This document shows positions 30,276 through 42,849 of a DNA stretch of 64,000 nt, in pieces. The notes under the pieces are model-generated. The model did not search any database. It was not told where the DNA came from and saw only the letters and a program-made list of their open reading frames with translations. This stretch comes from Nitrospirota bacterium (GTDB taxonomy: Bacteria; Nitrospirota; 9FT-COMBO-42-15; HDB-SIOI813), in NCBI GenBank assembly GCA_020846775.1, contig JADLDG010000023.1:139298-203297 (forward strand), read 5' to 3'. The translations under genes and the position numbers were made by a program. Numbering within the stretch: the first letter of the stretch is position 1; every line of letters begins with the position of its first letter.

Positions 30276-31922
30276 TCAGACCTTAAACTGTTCCCCCATT
30301 GAAAGGAGTCTGGATGCAAGTCGGGCTACCTCGGAAGATGCTTCGGCTATCTGTTCTGAACCGGTCGACGTATCTTTCGAGACCTTGGCAACCGCCATGA
30401 TATCTCCGCTTATCATTTCTGATGTTGCAGACATTTCCTCAGTTGCTGATGCTATCTGCTGGACCATCATCTGAAGATCACTTACACTGGATACGATCTT
30501 TTGCAATGCATCACCTGTTTGAGTTGAGAACTCTACGCCTGACCCTACCATCTTAGAGACCGCATCCATTGAGGTTACGCTTTTTTGAACTTCATCCTGT
30601 ATAGCTCCAATCATTGCCCCAATCTCGGAAGTTGCCTTTGCAGTCCTCTCAGCAAGTTTCCTGACCTCATCAGCAACAACTGCAAAACCCTTTCCCTGCT
30701 CTCCGGCTCGAGCCGCTTCAATTGCAGCGTTCAAAGCAAGAAGATTTGTCTGGTCTGCGATCTCACTTATAACCCGGATAATGTCGCCAATCTGTTTTGA
30801 TCTCTCTCCCAGAGACACCATTACCTTGGATGATTCGCTCACTGTTGCCGCAATATCCTTAACCTCTGATACCGACTTCTCAACTATATTTTCACCATCC
30901 TTTGCTATATGGGCTGTGCCACTGGCCGATGCCGCAATATTGGACGCATTCTTAGCGATCTCGACAACCGTCTGAGACATTTCGTGTGCAGCCGAGGCGA
31001 TTTGAGTAGACCTGTCTGACTGCGAAATAACACCCTTTGACATCTCTTCTGAACTGGCGCTCAACTCTTCACTTGCTGATGCCATATTGCTTGAAGTTTC
31101 CTTCATGTTTGCGATAAGTTTCTTAAGGTTGGTAACCATATTATCCATTGATCGAAGCAACTGCCCCGTTTCATCTGTGCTGTCGCTCTCAATTGTTATT
31201 GTGAGGTCACCACTTGCGATAGAATTGGAAACATCCACAGCCCGGCTCAAGGGCCGGACCACGCTTGATGTAATGTACCAGGCTATAAGAATTCCTGAAA
31301 TTAATGTGATAACCGACATTACCAGCAGAATTGTAATAATCTGGCTTATTGATTTCTGAACATTATCTGACATCAATGAGGCTACATCTGTCTGTTGTTT
31401 GACAAATTCTTCAACCCTGGATGTTATGGCAATACTTGTCTTGTCAAAGTCCTCCATTATGATGTTTCCTGCCGCTATGCCTTTATTAACATAGACGCCT
31501 GCCATTTTTTTGCCTGTATCATAATAGTTGTTAAACGCGGACTCTATCTCCTCTATCCTCCTCAAAGACTCCTGGTCATTTTCAGCTCTGAACATATCCT
31601 TAAACTTGGCAACTTCCAAATGGAATTTTTGTGCAGCATCTTCAGCCTCCTTTAATGCCTCAGTATTGTGGGTGGCAGAGACGTCCGTCAGGAATTGCTG
31701 AACTTGAACTACATTAAATGCAATGTCTTTTGCAATAAGTGCAAATGGCAAACTCTCCTCCTTGACAACATTGATACTCCTGTCTGACTTAATAAGAAGA
31801 AAAGTCGTTATAACCCCGCAAATTACAAACAAAGAGAGTACAATCCCAAAACCCGCCATCAAACGATATTTGATTCTAATATTTTTTAGAGACATCCTGC
31901 CACCCTCCTGTATAAGTTGCAT
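30276..31922 (-). CDS. Methyl-accepting chemotaxis protein
   Basis: N-terminal TM, periplasmic sensor, second TM and HAMP, followed by the MCP signalling domain with the highly conserved [32 protein letters not shown] motif. Confidence 0.9.
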   Translation of the reverse strand: MQLIQEGGRMSLKNIRIKYRLMAGFGIVLSLFVICGVITTFLLIKSDRSINVVKEESLPFALIAKDIAFNVVQVQQFLTDVSATHNTEALKEAEDAAQKFHLEVAKFKDMFRAENDQESLRRIEEIESAFNNYYDTGKKMAGVYVNKGIAAGNIIMEDFDKTSIAITSRVEEFVKQQTDVASLMSDNVQKSISQIITILLVMSVITLISGILIAWYITSSVVRPLSRAVDVSNSIASGDLTITIESDSTDETGQLLRSMDNMVTNLKKLIANMKETSSNMASASEELSASSEEMSKGVISQSDRSTQIASAAHEMSQTVVEIAKNASNIAASASGTAHIAKDGENIVEKSVSEVKDIAATVSESSKVMVSLGERSKQIGDIIRVISEIADQTNLLALNAAIEAARAGEQGKGFAVVADEVRKLAERTAKATSEIGAMIGAIQDEVQKSVTSMDAVSKMVGSGVEFSTQTGDALQKIVSSVSDLQMMVQQIASATEEMSATSEMISGDIMAVAKVSKDTSTGSEQIAEASSEVARLASRLLSMGEQFKV

Positions 31923-32103
31923 GAATCAATACAAAGCTAAATTGCAGGTATGATTTCGGATTCTTGAAATTATTTCTTTAAGATCGGGAGAACAATAATC
32001 AGCAGGGTCATGTAAAGGACATGTACTTAGCCCTTATTGGAGTGTCTCTCATGCGACTGAATTCGGGAATTTCACGTCCCATCCCGGTGTTCTGACATAA
32101 TTA

Positions 32104-32490
32104 CTATTTCTTTACCGGCGTAACCGGAGCTGCTGGAACAGTATTCACACCAGTCTCGGCCGGCGGAACCGGCGCTGAAGTTTCGGGCTGTGACAGCGGG
32201 GTCTGAGGCTGCGGCAACGCAGGGACTTCTGTCTGTTCCGGAATAACTGATGACGCACCTTTATTACTGCCAACGAATGCAAGTACAAAAGATGTTAAAA
32301 TAAAGATTACTGCGGCAACCGTTGTTAGCTTGCTAAGAAAATTGCCAGGTCCGCGGCTGCCAAATACGGTCTGACTTGAAGAACCGCCAAAGGCAGCGCC
32401 CATCTCGGACCCCTTTCCCTGCTGAATTAATACAACTCCTATAAGTATTACTGATACAATTATATGAATGATTACAAAAAAAATCGTCAC
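32104..32490 (-). CDS. secG: Preprotein translocase subunit SecG with a Pro-rich C-terminal extension
   Basis: Two TM helices with the LIQQGKG motif. A C-terminal tail of about 50 aa rich in P/V/T/A follows. Confidence 0.85.
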   Translation of the reverse strand: MTIFFVIIHIIVSVILIGVVLIQQGKGSEMGAAFGGSSSQTVFGSRGPGNFLSKLTTVAAVIFILTSFVLAFVGSNKGASSVIPEQTEVPALPQPQTPLSQPETSAPVPPAETGVNTVPAAPVTPVKK

Positions 32491-32605
32491 TACTGCCCCC
32501 CCTGATTATGATGTCAAAGATAAAATATCAAATATTAATTTCATTTTGAAACTGGTTTACAATTACATGATATTTCATAATATGTCATATTTTATTTTTG
32601 ATTAT

Positions 32606-33394
32606 TTAATTTCCTATTGCACCAACTACAATTTTCACAAAAGAATCTGCCTTCAGGCTTGCACCTCCTACAAGAGCGCCATCAATATCGTGCTCTCGAA
32701 TTAATTCACATATATTATCAGGTGTAACGCTTCCTCCATAAAGTATCCTGAGCGCCTCTGAAACACTTCTGCCGTAACTCTCCCTTATTATTGACCTTAT
32801 GAAACCATGAATCTCCTCTGCCTGTTCAGCGGTAGCATTCTTACCGGTACCAATAGCCCATACTGGTTCATAAGCAATGAGGAGACTGCTAAAGGCTTCT
32901 TCGTTCAAACCATTAAGCCCCTTCTCAACCTGATCTCTTATGACCCGGAATGTTTCTTCCTCTTCTCTCTGTTGAAGAGATTCTCCGATACAGAAAATAG
33001 GGTTTAGTCCTGTATGAATTGCAAACCGTATCTTTTTGTTAATCCCTTCATCGGTCTCTCCAAACAGGTTTCTTCTTTCGCTATGTCCAATAATTGCATA
33101 TGTACATCCGCAATCTTTAAGCATTGGGGCTGAGACCTCTCCTGTAAATGCCCCTTTTTCCTCCCAGTATAGATTTTGTGCAGCAACATAGATATTTTCA
33201 CCATTGACAGCATCATAAACAGCTTTGATAGATGTAAAAGGCGGGGATAAAATGATATCCACATTATGAACAGAAATATCTTTTAACAGCCTCTTGCATT
33301 CTGCAACAAACTGCAGTGCATCAGATATCGTCTTATTCATCTTCCAGTTTGCTACTATTAAAGGTTTACGCAAATTATTGCTCCCTTGATACAA
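32606..33394 (-). CDS. tpiA: Triosephosphate isomerase
   Basis: 262 aa; AYEPVWAIGTG and GGSV motifs. Confidence 0.95.
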   Translation of the reverse strand: MYQGSNNLRKPLIVANWKMNKTISDALQFVAECKRLLKDISVHNVDIILSPPFTSIKAVYDAVNGENIYVAAQNLYWEEKGAFTGEVSAPMLKDCGCTYAIIGHSERRNLFGETDEGINKKIRFAIHTGLNPIFCIGESLQQREEEETFRVIRDQVEKGLNGLNEEAFSSLLIAYEPVWAIGTGKNATAEQAEEIHGFIRSIIRESYGRSVSEALRILYGGSVTPDNICELIREHDIDGALVGGASLKADSFVKIVVGAIGN

Positions 33395-33439
33395 TACCCC
33401 AATTTAGCGTTCCAAGCGCTTGATCGGTTTTACTCATAC

Positions 33440-35658
<2,219 letters not shown>

Positions 35659-35736
35659 TTAACACTCCTTTCCGAATATTTTAGCATTGTGCATAATATT
35701 AGAAAATACCTTATAAGTCAAGGCCAAATATAGTTG

Positions 35737-38091
35737 TCAATCAGCAGTCTCATCATCAAGCATATACCTTGCAGGACGATGGACGGAAGTTTTGGACACT
35801 TCAACAGGTTCAGTTCCCTTCTTGAATATCTCAACCTGAAAATCCGTAAAATTAGGAGGGGCTACAAGTCCATTATACGGGTCAATCTTAACAAACATAA
35901 TGTCTTCAGGAATGGGGAAATATGAAGGTGGAATTTGACTCAATGCGACCTGCATATAATCAATCCATATCGGTAGTGCAGCGCGGCTGCCTGTCTCACC
36001 GTGACCAAGACTCCTCATGTCATCAAATCCGACCCATGCGCCTGTCACAAGATTTGATGTATAACCTACAAACCATGCATCAGAATAATTATTTGTAGTC
36101 CCGGTTTTACCTGCGGCAGCGCCTCCCAGTCCGCGTGCGCGCCTGCCTGTCCCCTTTTGAATGACATCCTCAAGCATACTGGTCATAATATATGCCGTCT
36201 GACTTGATAGTACTTCCTCTGCAGCCGGCGTTGACCGTTCAAGTATCCTCCCATTATTATCCGTAATATACTTTATAAACATTGGTTCCACCCGAATACC
36301 CTGATTCGCAAATACACCATACGCATTAACAAGTTCGAACAGCGACACACCTGAAGATCCAAGGGCAAGAGAGAGATTTCTTTCAAGATTGCTTTTGATC
36401 CCCATTCTGTTTGCAAAACTTATTACATTATCTATACCGGTTTTCTCCGCCAATTTGATTGTTACAACATTCCGTGAATAAGCGAGTGCATCCCTTAATG
36501 TCATGGGACCATAAAATTTACCGTCATAATTCTCAGGCGTCCAGTCTTTATTCCAGCCTGGGATGCTGTAACTAATCGGGGCGTCGTCAATTACTGTAGC
36601 CGCTGTAAATCCATTGTCTAAAGCCGCACCATAGACAAAAGGCTTGAATGCAGAGCCGGGCTGTCTGTGTGACTGTATTGCCCTGTTAAATTCACTGCGT
36701 TTGAAGTCAAACCCTCCGACCATAGCACGGACATATCCGTTTGCCGGGTCTATGGAAAGAAGCGCTCCTTCAGCAAGAGGTTCCTGCTCAAGACCAAAAA
36801 CAACGTTCTTTTCATCGGTGATACTTATTACCTTTACATAAACTACGTCACCAACAAGAAGTATGTCACGTACAGTAGAGTCATCCTTTAAATATGTTGC
36901 TTTCTTAAAGCCGGTGCCGCTTAACCTCTTTCTTGCCCATAACATATTATCCATTGAAATACGGCCTGTGAGTCTTCCAGCCTTTATAGTGGCAAAGGCA
37001 TCTTCAACACCTATTACGATACCCTCCACTATATCACCCGGAAGTATGTCATCCTGAGTTAAGGCCCCTATACTGCCTTCCAGCCACTCCTGTATTTCAG
37101 TGCGGGATTTATGCACAATCGGTCCCCTGTATCCCTGTCTTTTATCCAATGCCCTCAGACCATTTTTTACTGATGAAGTAGCTGCTTTTTGAAGGTTATA
37201 GTTGATAGTTGTATAAACATTCAACCCACCCTTAAAGACCTTCTCTACGCCATAAACAGAAACGAGATACTGTCTTATATATTCTGTAAAGTATGGTGCA
37301 ATTTCTTCACGTTTCTCATATTTCTTAAGGAATATATCCTCTTTAAAAGCCTTTTTGTACTCATCTTCATTAATATATCCTTCATCTACCATCTTTTTTA
37401 AAACAAATTTCTGCCGCATCTTTACTCTGTCCGGATAAAGATACGGTGAATAGAGGCGGGGAGAACGAATTATACTTGCCAGGAGCGCTGACTCAGACAG
37501 GTTAAGATACCTTACATCTTTTCCAAAATATATTTGTGATGCAGACTGGACACCGTAGGCGCCACGGCCAAGATATATCTGATTAAGGTAAATCTCCAAT
37601 ATCTGGTCCTTGGATAATATAGCCTCAATCCTTCTCGCCAAAATAGCCTCTTTGAGCTTTCTTAATATAGTCTGCTCCGGCGTTAGAAAAAGAGAGCGTG
37701 CAAGCTGCTGAGTAATAGTGCTGCCTCCCTGTTTTATATCGAGAGAAATAAGATTTACCCAGAAAGCCCGCGCTATCCCCTTGTAGTCTAATCCCTGATG
37801 AGAGTAAAATGCATCATCTTCGACAGAGACAACAGCCTGTTTAAGGTAGACCGGAATTGCCTTATATGGAACAAGTACCCGCTTCTCTATAAAATATTCT
37901 CCTATTATCTTATTATCGTCTGAATATATGCGGCTTACAAGACTTGGCCTGTACTCCCTCAGGGACTCTACACGAGGAAGATTACGACTGGCAATATATA
38001 ATCCAACCCCTCCGGCAACTCCGCCGGCGATGATCAGAATTACAAGAATAAGAGTTATTTTCTTTAATATCAACTTTTGATTACGTTTCAA
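35737..38091 (-). CDS. mrcA: Penicillin-binding protein 1A (bifunctional glycosyltransferase/transpeptidase)
   Basis: GT51 motifs (EDDAFYSHQGLD, GGSTITQQ) and transpeptidase motifs SAFK and KTGT. The first in-frame start is a TTG preceded by GGAGG. Confidence 0.9.
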   Translation of the reverse strand: MKRNQKLILKKITLILVILIIAGGVAGGVGLYIASRNLPRVESLREYRPSLVSRIYSDDNKIIGEYFIEKRVLVPYKAIPVYLKQAVVSVEDDAFYSHQGLDYKGIARAFWVNLISLDIKQGGSTITQQLARSLFLTPEQTILRKLKEAILARRIEAILSKDQILEIYLNQIYLGRGAYGVQSASQIYFGKDVRYLNLSESALLASIIRSPRLYSPYLYPDRVKMRQKFVLKKMVDEGYINEDEYKKAFKEDIFLKKYEKREEIAPYFTEYIRQYLVSVYGVEKVFKGGLNVYTTINYNLQKAATSSVKNGLRALDKRQGYRGPIVHKSRTEIQEWLEGSIGALTQDDILPGDIVEGIVIGVEDAFATIKAGRLTGRISMDNMLWARKRLSGTGFKKATYLKDDSTVRDILLVGDVVYVKVISITDEKNVVFGLEQEPLAEGALLSIDPANGYVRAMVGGFDFKRSEFNRAIQSHRQPGSAFKPFVYGAALDNGFTAATVIDDAPISYSIPGWNKDWTPENYDGKFYGPMTLRDALAYSRNVVTIKLAEKTGIDNVISFANRMGIKSNLERNLSLALGSSGVSLFELVNAYGVFANQGIRVEPMFIKYITDNNGRILERSTPAAEEVLSSQTAYIMTSMLEDVIQKGTGRRARGLGGAAAGKTGTTNNYSDAWFVGYTSNLVTGAWVGFDDMRSLGHGETGSRAALPIWIDYMQVALSQIPPSYFPIPEDIMFVKIDPYNGLVAPPNFTDFQVEIFKKGTEPVEVSKTSVHRPARYMLDDETAD

Positions 38092-38164
38092 TCAAATATC
38101 CCTCCTCAACCATGAGCAGGGTGGGCGGTGCCCACCCTGCGGCTACTCTCGTCCGACCATGCAA

Positions 38165-38325
38165 CAGTTTACGCTCAAAAATGCTCAGGTGCAAGGAAGG
38201 ACTTGTAATTTGAGCTTCAACATACGACACTGTACGCCTCAGCTCAAATTACAAGTCCTGACGCCGCACGACCCATTGCATTTACTTCTTAGCAATGGGT
38301 ACCCCGCGTTTTTCAGCGTAAACTG
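38165..38325. repeat. MITE-like structured element with 20-bp imperfect terminal inverted repeats (38165-38184 / 38306-38325, 18 of 20 matching) around an 18-bp perfect hairpin (38199-38216 / 38241-38258)
   Basis: CAGTTTACGCTCAAAAATGC pairs with the reverse complement of GCGTTTTTCAGCGTAAACTG. Inside, GGACTTGTAATTTGAGCT and AGCTCAAATTACAAGTCC are perfect complements with a 24-nt loop. The right repeat overlaps the comM stop codon. Confidence 0.45.
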
Positions 38326-39860
38326 ATCCTGTCCAGCATTCTATACCCTATAGCCTCTGATACATCCTGCGGCAATATTTCTTCCCTTAATTCGAGGTCA
38401 GCTATAGTCCGCGCAACCTTTAATATCTTGCCATATCCCCTTACACTCATTCCCAGTCTGTCCATGGCATGCTCAATCAGATTATTTGATTCTTTACTCA
38501 TACGGCAATATTTGCTTAGGTTTGATTCTTTCAGATCTGAGCTGCAAAATATACCATTATCGCCGCTGTATCTTGCTCTCTGGTACTCTCTGGTCAAGTT
38601 TACCCGTCTCCTGATCTCAGCAGAGGTCTCACCTTTTACAGCGGTCCTTAAGTCGGTTGATGACACCGGCGGAAGGTTGACATGTATATCTATCCTGTCC
38701 ATCAAAGGGCCTGATATCCTCCCGCGATACCGTTGTATCTGGTGTGGAGTACAGACGCAGTTTCTGACAGTAGATGAAAAGTAACCACATGGACAGGGAT
38801 TCATTGCGCCGACAAGCATAAAACGTGCAGGATACTTGACTGTGTGCCCTGCCCGTGAAATGGTAATGCACCTGTCCTCCATTGGTTGCCTTAAGACCTC
38901 CAGGACATCTCTCCTGTATTCCGGAATCTCATCCAGGAATAAAACACCGTTATGGGCAAGACTAATCTCACCGGGACGAGGTGTGCTTCCGCCGCCAGCT
39001 ATACCTGCATATGATATGGTATGGTGTGTATGCCTGAAGGGCCGTGAAGTTATAACCGGTTCATCCTGAGGCAGAATTCCGGCAAGACTGTGAATCCTTG
39101 TCGTCTCAATAGTTTCTTCAAAACTGATATCCGGAAGTATAGTAGGAAGTCTCTTTGCAAGCATGCTCTTTCCTGAGCCTGGCGGGCCGACCATAAGAAG
39201 ATTATGCCCTCCTGCTGCAGCAACCTCCAATGCCCTCTTCGCCTGTTCCTGCCCCCTTATCTCTGACATATCAATATCAAATTCAGGGCTCATCTTAAAA
39301 ACTATTGGAGAATCTATTTTATACGACTTAGATAAATCCATTTCTTCAAGCAATTTGATAACCTGCTGAAGAGTTTCAACTCCATAAATATTTATTCCGC
39401 CTATCATTGCGGCCTCTGCCGCATTTTCCTCAGGAATAAACAGCCCCTTCAATCCTGCGTTTCTTGCAGCTATTGCAATGGATAAGGCCCCCCGAATCGG
39501 CTTGGTCCTGCCATATAAGGATAGTTCCCCAATAAACATATAGTCTTTAACAGACTCGCTTTTAACCAATCCCTCTGCGCATAATATTGCTACTGCTACG
39601 GGAAGATCATAAAGTGCGCCTTCCTTCCTTAGATTAGCAGGTGCAAGATTCACAGTTATCTTCTTGGGAGGAAGTTTGAAGCCGGCATTTCTCAGGGCAG
39701 ACTTGACTCTCTCCCTGCTCTCACGTACGGCGGTATCCGGCAGACCAACAATTGTAAAAATAGGGAGACCAAATACAAGATCTACTTCAACCTCAACTAT
39801 TGAGGCATCAACACCCGTAATCATACTGCTTAATACACGTGACAACATATGCTCTACCAA
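38313..39860 (-). CDS. comM: Mg-chelatase-like AAA+ ATPase YifB/ComM
   Basis: N-terminal Lon-like region, an AAA+ core (Walker A GPPGSGKS, Walker B LFLDEIPE), and a C-terminal ChlI-like domain. Confidence 0.9.
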   Translation of the reverse strand: MVEHMLSRVLSSMITGVDASIVEVEVDLVFGLPIFTIVGLPDTAVRESRERVKSALRNAGFKLPPKKITVNLAPANLRKEGALYDLPVAVAILCAEGLVKSESVKDYMFIGELSLYGRTKPIRGALSIAIAARNAGLKGLFIPEENAAEAAMIGGINIYGVETLQQVIKLLEEMDLSKSYKIDSPIVFKMSPEFDIDMSEIRGQEQAKRALEVAAAGGHNLLMVGPPGSGKSMLAKRLPTILPDISFEETIETTRIHSLAGILPQDEPVITSRPFRHTHHTISYAGIAGGGSTPRPGEISLAHNGVLFLDEIPEYRRDVLEVLRQPMEDRCITISRAGHTVKYPARFMLVGAMNPCPCGYFSSTVRNCVCTPHQIQRYRGRISGPLMDRIDIHVNLPPVSSTDLRTAVKGETSAEIRRRVNLTREYQRARYSGDNGIFCSSDLKESNLSKYCRMSKESNNLIEHAMDRLGMSVRGYGKILKVARTIADLELREEILPQDVSEAIGYRMLDRISLR

Positions 39861-39862
39861 TT

Positions 39863-40564
39863 CTATTCATTGACGTTGATCTTCAGTATGTATGTTGCAT
39901 ATCCTTCCTTTTTAAGAACTGCTGCAACATCCTGGGCATCTACCATTGACAGGAATTTACCTATCCTTACTTTATAGACAGGAGCCCTGCCCGTACTGTT
40001 TTCCTTACTTATATATGGTGCAAATCCTTTTCCCCTGAGATTTTCGGAAAGCTCATTCGCAGCCTTTTCCTGACTGAGCGCCCCAATCTGAACCGTGTAA
40101 ATAATGCCTTCTTTATCTTTGGATTCAATCTTCTTTAAAATATCCCTGTCAATCTTTTCCATACTTTGATTTTTATGAGATTCTTCATATGGCTCCTTTT
40201 CAGGGAGAGGCTTGGAAATCCCTTCCTTTGGCTTTTCTACTTCTAAAGGTGTTATGTCGCCCTCTTTACTATTAAGTACCTTGTAGAATGTAAAATCATC
40301 TTTTTTTGCAGACTCTTCCTTTGCTGATTCACCATTAATTGCATTACTATCTTCTTCCGGAAGTTTCTCCTGTTTCTGTTCTCTATTGCCCGTATAAATA
40401 TTGCCTGGCGATAAATCAACCGGACCACCTGCCTTTTTAGTCCTGAGGAGAGCAAAGGCACCTGTCAGAGTTAAAATTAATACCAGCACAACTCCAACAA
40501 TCAAACCTTTGTTGAATGGCCTTTTCTTTATTTTCTTATTGGTTATATGCCTCAATTCCCGCAA
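39863..40564 (-). CDS. SPOR-domain cell-division/peptidoglycan-binding protein
   Basis: N-terminal TM, a low-complexity K/E-rich linker, and a C-terminal SPOR domain (YTVQIGALSQEKAANELSENLRGKGF...YKVRIGKF). Confidence 0.75.
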   Translation of the reverse strand: MRELRHITNKKIKKRPFNKGLIVGVVLVLILTLTGAFALLRTKKAGGPVDLSPGNIYTGNREQKQEKLPEEDSNAINGESAKEESAKKDDFTFYKVLNSKEGDITPLEVEKPKEGISKPLPEKEPYEESHKNQSMEKIDRDILKKIESKDKEGIIYTVQIGALSQEKAANELSENLRGKGFAPYISKENSTGRAPVYKVRIGKFLSMVDAQDVAAVLKKEGYATYILKINVNE

Positions 40565-40583
40565 TTATCGCTCCTGTAATAAT

Positions 40584-41603
40584 TCATATGATAAACATAG
40601 CATCGCCATAACTGTAGAATCTGTACTTCCTTGCAACAGCCTCTGCATAGGATTTGAGTATATTTCCCCTGCCTGCAAATGCCATAACAAGCATCAGGAG
40701 TGTTGACTTGGGAAGATGGAAGTTAGTTATCATAGCATCTACAATATTAAACTTAAAGCCCGGATAAATAAAAAGCCCTGTTTCACCCTTTGCAGGATGC
40801 AGCACACCACTGAAAGCAGCATGTTCAAGGGCCCTGACAGAAGTCGTCCCAACCGCAATAACGCGTCCGCCGTTTTCCTTCGTCTGTAAAATACGCTCCA
40901 CTACAGCCTCAGGAATATTCACCTCTTCGTATTCCATCTGATGGTGTTCTATATTCTCTGATTTAACTGGTTTGAAGGTGCCAATACCGACATGAAGTGT
41001 TAAATAAACTGTACTGACACCCTTTCTATTCAATCTCCCGATGAGATCCTCAGTAAAGTGCAGTCCTGCAGTTGGCGCCGCTATTGCTCCGTCCTCAGCA
41101 GCATATACAGTTTGATATCGTTCCATGTCTTGCTCACATGATTTCCTTTTTATATATGGCGGAACAGGCATTTGACCAATCTCGGAAATAATACTTTCCC
41201 CTTCAGAAGTATAATGAAATTTCACGATGTAATTCGAATTTGCAGTACCTGTCACCTCTCCGCAGCAATTATCTGAAAACTTAATCCTGACCCCTTCTCT
41301 AAGTTTCTTATCTGATATTGATCTCCATGTCTGATCATCATGTTTTTTAATCAGAAGAAGTTCTACACGTCCTCCTGTGCCCTCTCTTTCACCAACAATC
41401 CTGCATGGCATCACCTTTGTATTGTTCAGGACTAAGATATCACCTTCCCTGACATAGTCAACAATGTTGAAAAATCTTCTATGTTCAATTACAGAGTCAG
41501 ATCTGTTTAGGACAAGAAGTCCGGACTGATCCCTCACTGAAACCGGATGTTGGGCAATAAGCGAAGGGTCAAAAGGATAATCATAATCACTTAAGTCAGA
41601 CAT
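40584..41603 (-). CDS. queA: S-adenosylmethionine:tRNA ribosyltransferase-isomerase
   Basis: 339 aa; the sequence reads DYDYPFDPSLIAQHP...PPYI. Confidence 0.9.
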   Translation of the reverse strand: MSDLSDYDYPFDPSLIAQHPVSVRDQSGLLVLNRSDSVIEHRRFFNIVDYVREGDILVLNNTKVMPCRIVGEREGTGGRVELLLIKKHDDQTWRSISDKKLREGVRIKFSDNCCGEVTGTANSNYIVKFHYTSEGESIISEIGQMPVPPYIKRKSCEQDMERYQTVYAAEDGAIAAPTAGLHFTEDLIGRLNRKGVSTVYLTLHVGIGTFKPVKSENIEHHQMEYEEVNIPEAVVERILQTKENGGRVIAVGTTSVRALEHAAFSGVLHPAKGETGLFIYPGFKFNIVDAMITNFHLPKSTLLMLVMAFAGRGNILKSYAEAVARKYRFYSYGDAMFII

Positions 41604-41640
41604 AATGTCAGTTTTAATATGTTAAAGGAGGGAATTTCTG

Positions 41641-42816
41641 CTACCTGCTTCCCAGGCGCCTATCCTGAAATACAGGAGACATATCCCGGAGATTATTTAC
41701 TACGTCTTTGAAGACATCGAGAAAATAACTCAATTCATCTTCTGTATTATCCTTCCCCAGTGTAATTCGAATTGCACTTCTTGCCTCTTCATATGATAAA
41801 CCGATAGCGGTTAATACATGAGACGGCCCTTTTACGGCTGATATGCATGCTGATCCCGATGACACGGCTATGCCCTTGAAATCAAGATTAATAATTAAAG
41901 CCTCGCTATCTACGTAGTCTATAGTAACATTAATATTATTTGGTAATCGTTGGCTTTCATTTCCATTTAACCGCACACCTTCTATCTCCAGCAGTGATCT
42001 GACTAATTTGTCCCTCAGTGAAGCAACATAACTTTTCTGCGCATCCATCTCAAGCATAGACATTTGTACTGCCTTCCCCATACCGACTATAGCAGGTACA
42101 TTTTCCGTACCGGCACGCAGTTTGAATTCCTGATTACCACCGTAGAGATAAGGTGATATCGCAGTGCCCTTCCTGACATATAACCCGCCGGCACCTTTCG
42201 GACCGTAGAACTTATGACTGGAAAAAGAAAGCAAATCTGCGAGCAACTCATCAGCCTTGGCCGGAATGTGCGAAAATGTCTGTACGGCATCTGTATGGAA
42301 ACATACCTCCTTTTCCTTTGCGATCGTCCCTATCTCCCTTAAAGGCTGTATAGTACCTATCTCGTTATTTGCATGCATAACGGATATCAGAATCGTTTCA
42401 TCTGTTATGGCTTTTCTTACATCATCAGGGTCAACCAACCCATCTCCTGAAACCGGTAAATATGTAATCTTCCAACCTTCCCTTTCAAGAAACCTGCATG
42501 GTTCAAGGACGGCATTATGCTCAATTGCCGTAGTTATAATATGCCGCCCTTTGTCACGGTTGGCATATGCTATTCCAAAAATTGCAAGATTATCAGACTC
42601 AGTCCCGCCACTGACAAAAATTATTTCCTCGTCCTTTGATCCAAGCACTTGTGCTACCCTGGAACGTGCTTCATTTATGGCATTCGATGTCTCTTTCCCA
42701 AAAAAATGGATACTGGATGGATTACCAAAACAGTGTTTAAAAAATGGCTGCATCGCCTCTATCACTTCCGGTCTGGTGGGAGTTGTCGCTGCATTATCAA
42801 GATATATCCGCTTCAT
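41641..42816 (-). CDS. Cysteine desulfurase (NifS/IscS class V aminotransferase)
   Basis: PLP-lysine region SFSSHKFYGPKG and the active-site Cys loop SSGSAC; 391 aa. Confidence 0.9.
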   Translation of the reverse strand: MKRIYLDNAATTPTRPEVIEAMQPFFKHCFGNPSSIHFFGKETSNAINEARSRVAQVLGSKDEEIIFVSGGTESDNLAIFGIAYANRDKGRHIITTAIEHNAVLEPCRFLEREGWKITYLPVSGDGLVDPDDVRKAITDETILISVMHANNEIGTIQPLREIGTIAKEKEVCFHTDAVQTFSHIPAKADELLADLLSFSSHKFYGPKGAGGLYVRKGTAISPYLYGGNQEFKLRAGTENVPAIVGMGKAVQMSMLEMDAQKSYVASLRDKLVRSLLEIEGVRLNGNESQRLPNNINVTIDYVDSEALIINLDFKGIAVSSGSACISAVKGPSHVLTAIGLSYEEARSAIRITLGKDNTEDELSYFLDVFKDVVNNLRDMSPVFQDRRLGSR

Positions 42817-42849
42817 TGCCTGTTGCCTCGTTTCTTTAGTTTCTCTCTT

